A stretch of DNA of 64,000 nt from Bdellovibrionales bacterium (GTDB lineage: Bacteria > Bdellovibrionota > Bdellovibrionia > Bdellovibrionales > JAGQZY01). The DNA lies in contig JBGSNK010000062.1 in NCBI GenBank assembly GCA_041739665.1, positions 18,063-82,062 on the forward strand, in the 5' to 3' direction. Position 1 is the stretch's first letter. The number at the start of each line of letters is the position of its first letter. This document shows, one piece after another, positions 61,197 to 64,000 of the stretch. Below the pieces are notes generated by a model. That model saw only the letters and a program-made list of their open reading frames with translations, had not been told where the DNA came from and searched no databases. The position numbers and the translations under genes are program-made.

Positions 61197-62864
61197 TTAT
61201 TTTTTATTTTTCATAAAAAACCAAAAAAACAACAAACCTGCTATAGAAAAAAGAACTGTACTTACCACCGGTAAATTATAGAACTGGCTGCTTCCATCAA
61301 GATGGATAGTTTGTGCTCCTGCCATGATTAGGGCAGCGATTATAAGTCCAGCAAATAACAGGCGCCCAACTTGAAAAAGAGTCTTTTCAATATGATCCAA
61401 CTCGTGAATTTCAATTTTCCTTTTATAATCAGGTTGATTGATTTTTCTGAGATGGGTTTTAGCTTCTTTAGGTAGAGCATCGAGTAGAGAGGCCCACTCC
61501 TTCATTTGAAAGCCCACATCTGAAAAGAGCTCTTGAGTTGTCACTTTGGTCTTAAGCATTTCTTTGGCCGACTCTTTTACAAACGGAAGAAGATCAAAAT
61601 CCTGTTGGATCAAGCGTCCCAAACCTTCGATTGTGACAATGGATTTAAAAAAGAGCATGAGCTCTGAGGGCAGGACCACATGATGTTTTGCTGCTACCTT
61701 AGAGGATTCCAATAATAGCTTACCCATGTTGACATCTTTTAAATTGAGGCCAAAAAAAGGAGAAAGGATTGATCTTAAGTCTTGGGCAAGGGCTTGCCGG
61801 TTTGTTTTCTGGTTGAAAGGAGCAAGCTCTATGTACTCATAGGCGAGCCTATCATAATCCTCCTGAAGCAAGGCCATAAACATAGCTGCTACAGCGTTCT
61901 GAGTCTTGCGCGATAATCGCCCGACAATTCCAAAGTCCACGAAGCCAATGCGATTCTCAGACAAAACAAAGATGTTGCCGGCGTGCAAGTCTCCATGAAA
62001 GAGACCATCGCCAAATACCATTTTAAAATAAGATCGAAGCCCTAGACGCATCAATTGATCACGACTGGTATTTTCGCTCTTAAAAGCATCGGGATGGCTC
62101 ATGGGTAGCCCTAAAAGCTCCTCCATAACTAAAATGCGTGGTCCGCAGTGATCTAAGTAGATATTGGGTATTTTAACCTGTGGCTCTTCAAGAAAATTTT
62201 CCTGAAATCTTTTAATATTGTTCGACTCCACAACAAAGTTTGTCTCAAGAGAAATCGAGCGAGAAAATTCACTGACCAAACCAACAGGATTAAAAATTCG
62301 TGCTTCGGGTATATAATCTTCCACTAAGTCGGCGATGAGCTGCAAGATACGAATATCATCTTCAATGATAAGTCCCACCCCAGGCTTTTGAACTTTGACA
62401 ACAACTTGTGTGCCATTATTTAGGGTCGCGCGATGAACTTGAGCAATACTGGCGGAGCCAATGGCTTTTGGCGAAAACTCTTTGAAAACTTTTTGGTACC
62501 CTTGTGGATACTGCTCGTCTAAAATTTTCTCTACTTCCGAAAACGGGACTGGAGGAATTTGATCCTGCAGTTTTCGGAATTCGTTGATGTAGTCCTGAGG
62601 AATCAGATCGGGACGAGCGGCAAGAAGTTGGCCCAATTTAATAAAAGTAGGTCCAAGCTCTTCGAAGGAAATACGCACACGTTGTGCTGTGGAGAGATGG
62701 CTGGTTTCATTAGCTGTGGTCCAATGACTGACGAATGAATTAAGCTTTATTCTTTGAGCGACGTCTTGAAACCCGTTTTTTGCGAACACGCTTACTATTT
62801 TTCTGAGTCTTCCCGCGTTTTTTATGGTCTCGCCGATTTGTTTGGGTGCTTGTAACCAGCTCAT
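61197..62864 (-). CDS. ubiB: UbiB/ABC1-family atypical kinase (ubiquinone biosynthesis regulator)
   Basis: Motifs LGPTFIKLGQLLAARPDL, ASIAQVHRA and HGDLHAGNI are present, with two C-terminal TM helices. The ATG at 62864 is preceded by AAGGAGG 7 nt upstream. The ORF track starts at 62903, which has no SD. Confidence 0.85.
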   Translation of the reverse strand: MSWLQAPKQIGETIKNAGRLRKIVSVFAKNGFQDVAQRIKLNSFVSHWTTANETSHLSTAQRVRISFEELGPTFIKLGQLLAARPDLIPQDYINEFRKLQDQIPPVPFSEVEKILDEQYPQGYQKVFKEFSPKAIGSASIAQVHRATLNNGTQVVVKVQKPGVGLIIEDDIRILQLIADLVEDYIPEARIFNPVGLVSEFSRSISLETNFVVESNNIKRFQENFLEEPQVKIPNIYLDHCGPRILVMEELLGLPMSHPDAFKSENTSRDQLMRLGLRSYFKMVFGDGLFHGDLHAGNIFVLSENRIGFVDFGIVGRLSRKTQNAVAAMFMALLQEDYDRLAYEYIELAPFNQKTNRQALAQDLRSILSPFFGLNLKDVNMGKLLLESSKVAAKHHVVLPSELMLFFKSIVTIEGLGRLIQQDFDLLPFVKESAKEMLKTKVTTQELFSDVGFQMKEWASLLDALPKEAKTHLRKINQPDYKRKIEIHELDHIEKTLFQVGRLLFAGLIIAALIMAGAQTIHLDGSSQFYNLPVVSTVLFSIAGLLFFWFFMKNKK

Positions 62865-64000
62865 CGCTGCCCTCCTTGGTGAGTAGAAAGTCAATTTTTC
62901 CATCTTCGGTGTTGACCGCTGAAACCAGCACTCGGACTGTATCGCCTAAGCGAAAGGCTTTTCCTGATCTCTTGCCGGTAAGGGACAAATTGTCTTCATC
63001 AAACTCAAAGTGATCATCACCTAAATTTTCGACCTTGACCAGACCATCGATGTCAAAAGAACGCAAAAGAACAAATATTCCAAATTTAGCCACACTGCTG
63101 ATGATGCCAGGATAAATTTCACCCACTTTTTCACTCATATAGCGGGCTTTTTTTATAGAAATGACTTGGCGCTCGGCCTTCACAGCTCGCTGTTCACTGG
63201 CACTTAAAACCGAACCAAAGGTAGCCAGCTTCTCTTCTTCGTACAGAAAGCCCGAGCGAGACTGGGTAAAAAGTTTCTTCAAAATTCGATGAATGACCAA
63301 ATCGGGATAGCGGCGAATGGGTGATGTAAAATGGGCGTAATGGGAAAATCCCAAACCAAAATGGCCAATATTACTATGAGCATATTGAGCTTGATTCATC
63401 GAACGCAAGGTAAGGATATTGAGAACAACACCTTCAGGTTTGTCATGAAACTCTTGTAAGGATTGAGTGAGCTTTTTTTGCAAGCTACCGCCACTCAGCT
63501 TTTGCTGACTCCCAAAATTGTGTAGAAAGCTTTGTAAGCGTTCAATGTTTTCGGCTTCTGGAGCTCCGTGGACCCGATAAAGAGCGGGCTGCTCTTTATT
63601 GGATATCATTTTAGCCACAGCTACGTTGGCAACCAACATCATCTCTTCAATCAGTCTGTGAGCAAAAACCCTTTCGCTGCGAATCACGTCCACTGTCATA
63701 CCTAAGTCGTCGACAATGACTTCTGTTTCAGGAACTTCTAAATCTAAAGAACCCTCACGAAAACGCTTCTTCATTAAAATTTGAGCCAAATCTCGGCCAC
63801 GCAAAATGTTCTCTTGAACTTTGGGGTCTGAATGAGTCTCATCACCGTTAATAATATCTTGGGCTTCACCATAGGTCACACGGGCTTGGGACTGGATGAT
63901 CGCCTCAAAAACTTGGGACTGCAAAAGTTCACCATTAAAATCCAAAGTCATTTCACAAACAAAAGCCAATCGATCGACCTTCGGCTTCAAAGAACAAATT
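62740..64000 (-). CDS. rnr: Ribonuclease R (partial; N-terminus lies beyond the window end)
   Basis: RNB-domain motifs are present (HFGLGFSHYAHFTSPIRRYPDL), along with an S1 domain (GEIYPGIISSVAKFGIFVLL...) and a K/R-rich C-terminal tail. The reading frame is open to position 64000. Confidence 0.85.
   Translation of the reverse strand, partial: ICSLKPKVDRLAFVCEMTLDFNGELLQSQVFEAIIQSQARVTYGEAQDIINGDETHSDPKVQENILRGRDLAQILMKKRFREGSLDLEVPETEVIVDDLGMTVDVIRSERVFAHRLIEEMMLVANVAVAKMISNKEQPALYRVHGAPEAENIERLQSFLHNFGSQQKLSGGSLQKKLTQSLQEFHDKPEGVVLNILTLRSMNQAQYAHSNIGHFGLGFSHYAHFTSPIRRYPDLVIHRILKKLFTQSRSGFLYEEEKLATFGSVLSASEQRAVKAERQVISIKKARYMSEKVGEIYPGIISSVAKFGIFVLLRSFDIDGLVKVENLGDDHFEFDEDNLSLTGKRSGKAFRLGDTVRVLVSAVNTEDGKIDFLLTKEGSDELVTSTQTNRRDHKKRGKTQKNSKRVRKKRVSRRRSKNKA

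Noticed and set aside
1-64000. Searched for a prophage, integrative element, transposon or known defence system (restriction-modification, toxin-antitoxin pairs, CBASS, retrons, Cas).
   Set aside because: No integrase, transposase, terminal inverted or direct repeats, tRNA attachment site or signature defence proteins were recognised. The HD dNTPase-like gene and the exonuclease-WYL gene are 33 kb apart, and each is flanked by housekeeping genes.

Overview
64-kb chromosomal window from a moderately AT-rich Gram-negative bacterium. I found no rRNA, tRNA, CRISPR array, transposase, integrase or recognisable phage or defence genes. The gene content includes four short (275-281 aa) flagellins, many signal-peptide orphan proteins, an S8 protease, a PBP4-type DD-peptidase and an Ntn acylase. 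This resembles a Bdellovibrio-like predatory bacterium, but that is inference only. Layout: (1) 1-4 kb holds the start of the dcw cluster (mraZ-rsmH-ftsL-ftsI) with a five-fold MraZ-box array. (2) 4-13.9 kb holds nucleotide salvage genes (UPRT-like, hpt), dacB, an orphan solute-binding protein, a receiver-GGDEF protein, an LspA-HAMP fusion, a DEDDh exonuclease-WYL-like fusion and dsbD. (3) 13.9-19.4 kb holds mostly orphan secreted proteins plus rluB. (4) 19.4-23.2 kb holds smpB-rsmA-tsaD-cpoB-lipoprotein-pal. (5) 23.3-29.5 kb holds a 987-aa peptidase/PD40/beta-barrel protein, a 174-aa orphan, a membrane SGNH hydrolase and a CorA-like protein. (6) 30.5-53.9 kb is a flagellar filament island. 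Two inverted pairs of flagellin genes flank flaG-fliD-fliS, a tightly coupled TPR/orphan/orphan/PAS-kinase/CheY/rsmD string, a pseudo-receiver protein with a (GQGS)n repeat, an HD dNTPase-like gene, thyA-folA and three Cys-rich secreted orphans. (7) 54-64 kb holds a penicillin/AHL-acylase-family lipoprotein, small envelope proteins, a PTTTN-repeat lipoprotein, an S8 protease, ubiB and a partial rnr. The best candidates for something undescribed are three. First, the orphan/signalling string welded to the fliD-fliS operon (32.3-37.4 kb). Second, the sigma-28-type promoters in front of non-canonical genes inside the flagellin island (the 583-aa repeat protein and the Cys/Gly-rich secreted protein). 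Third, the LspA-HAMP fusion. All promoter, motif and domain calls were made by eye from the sequence and ORF translations; no searches were run.
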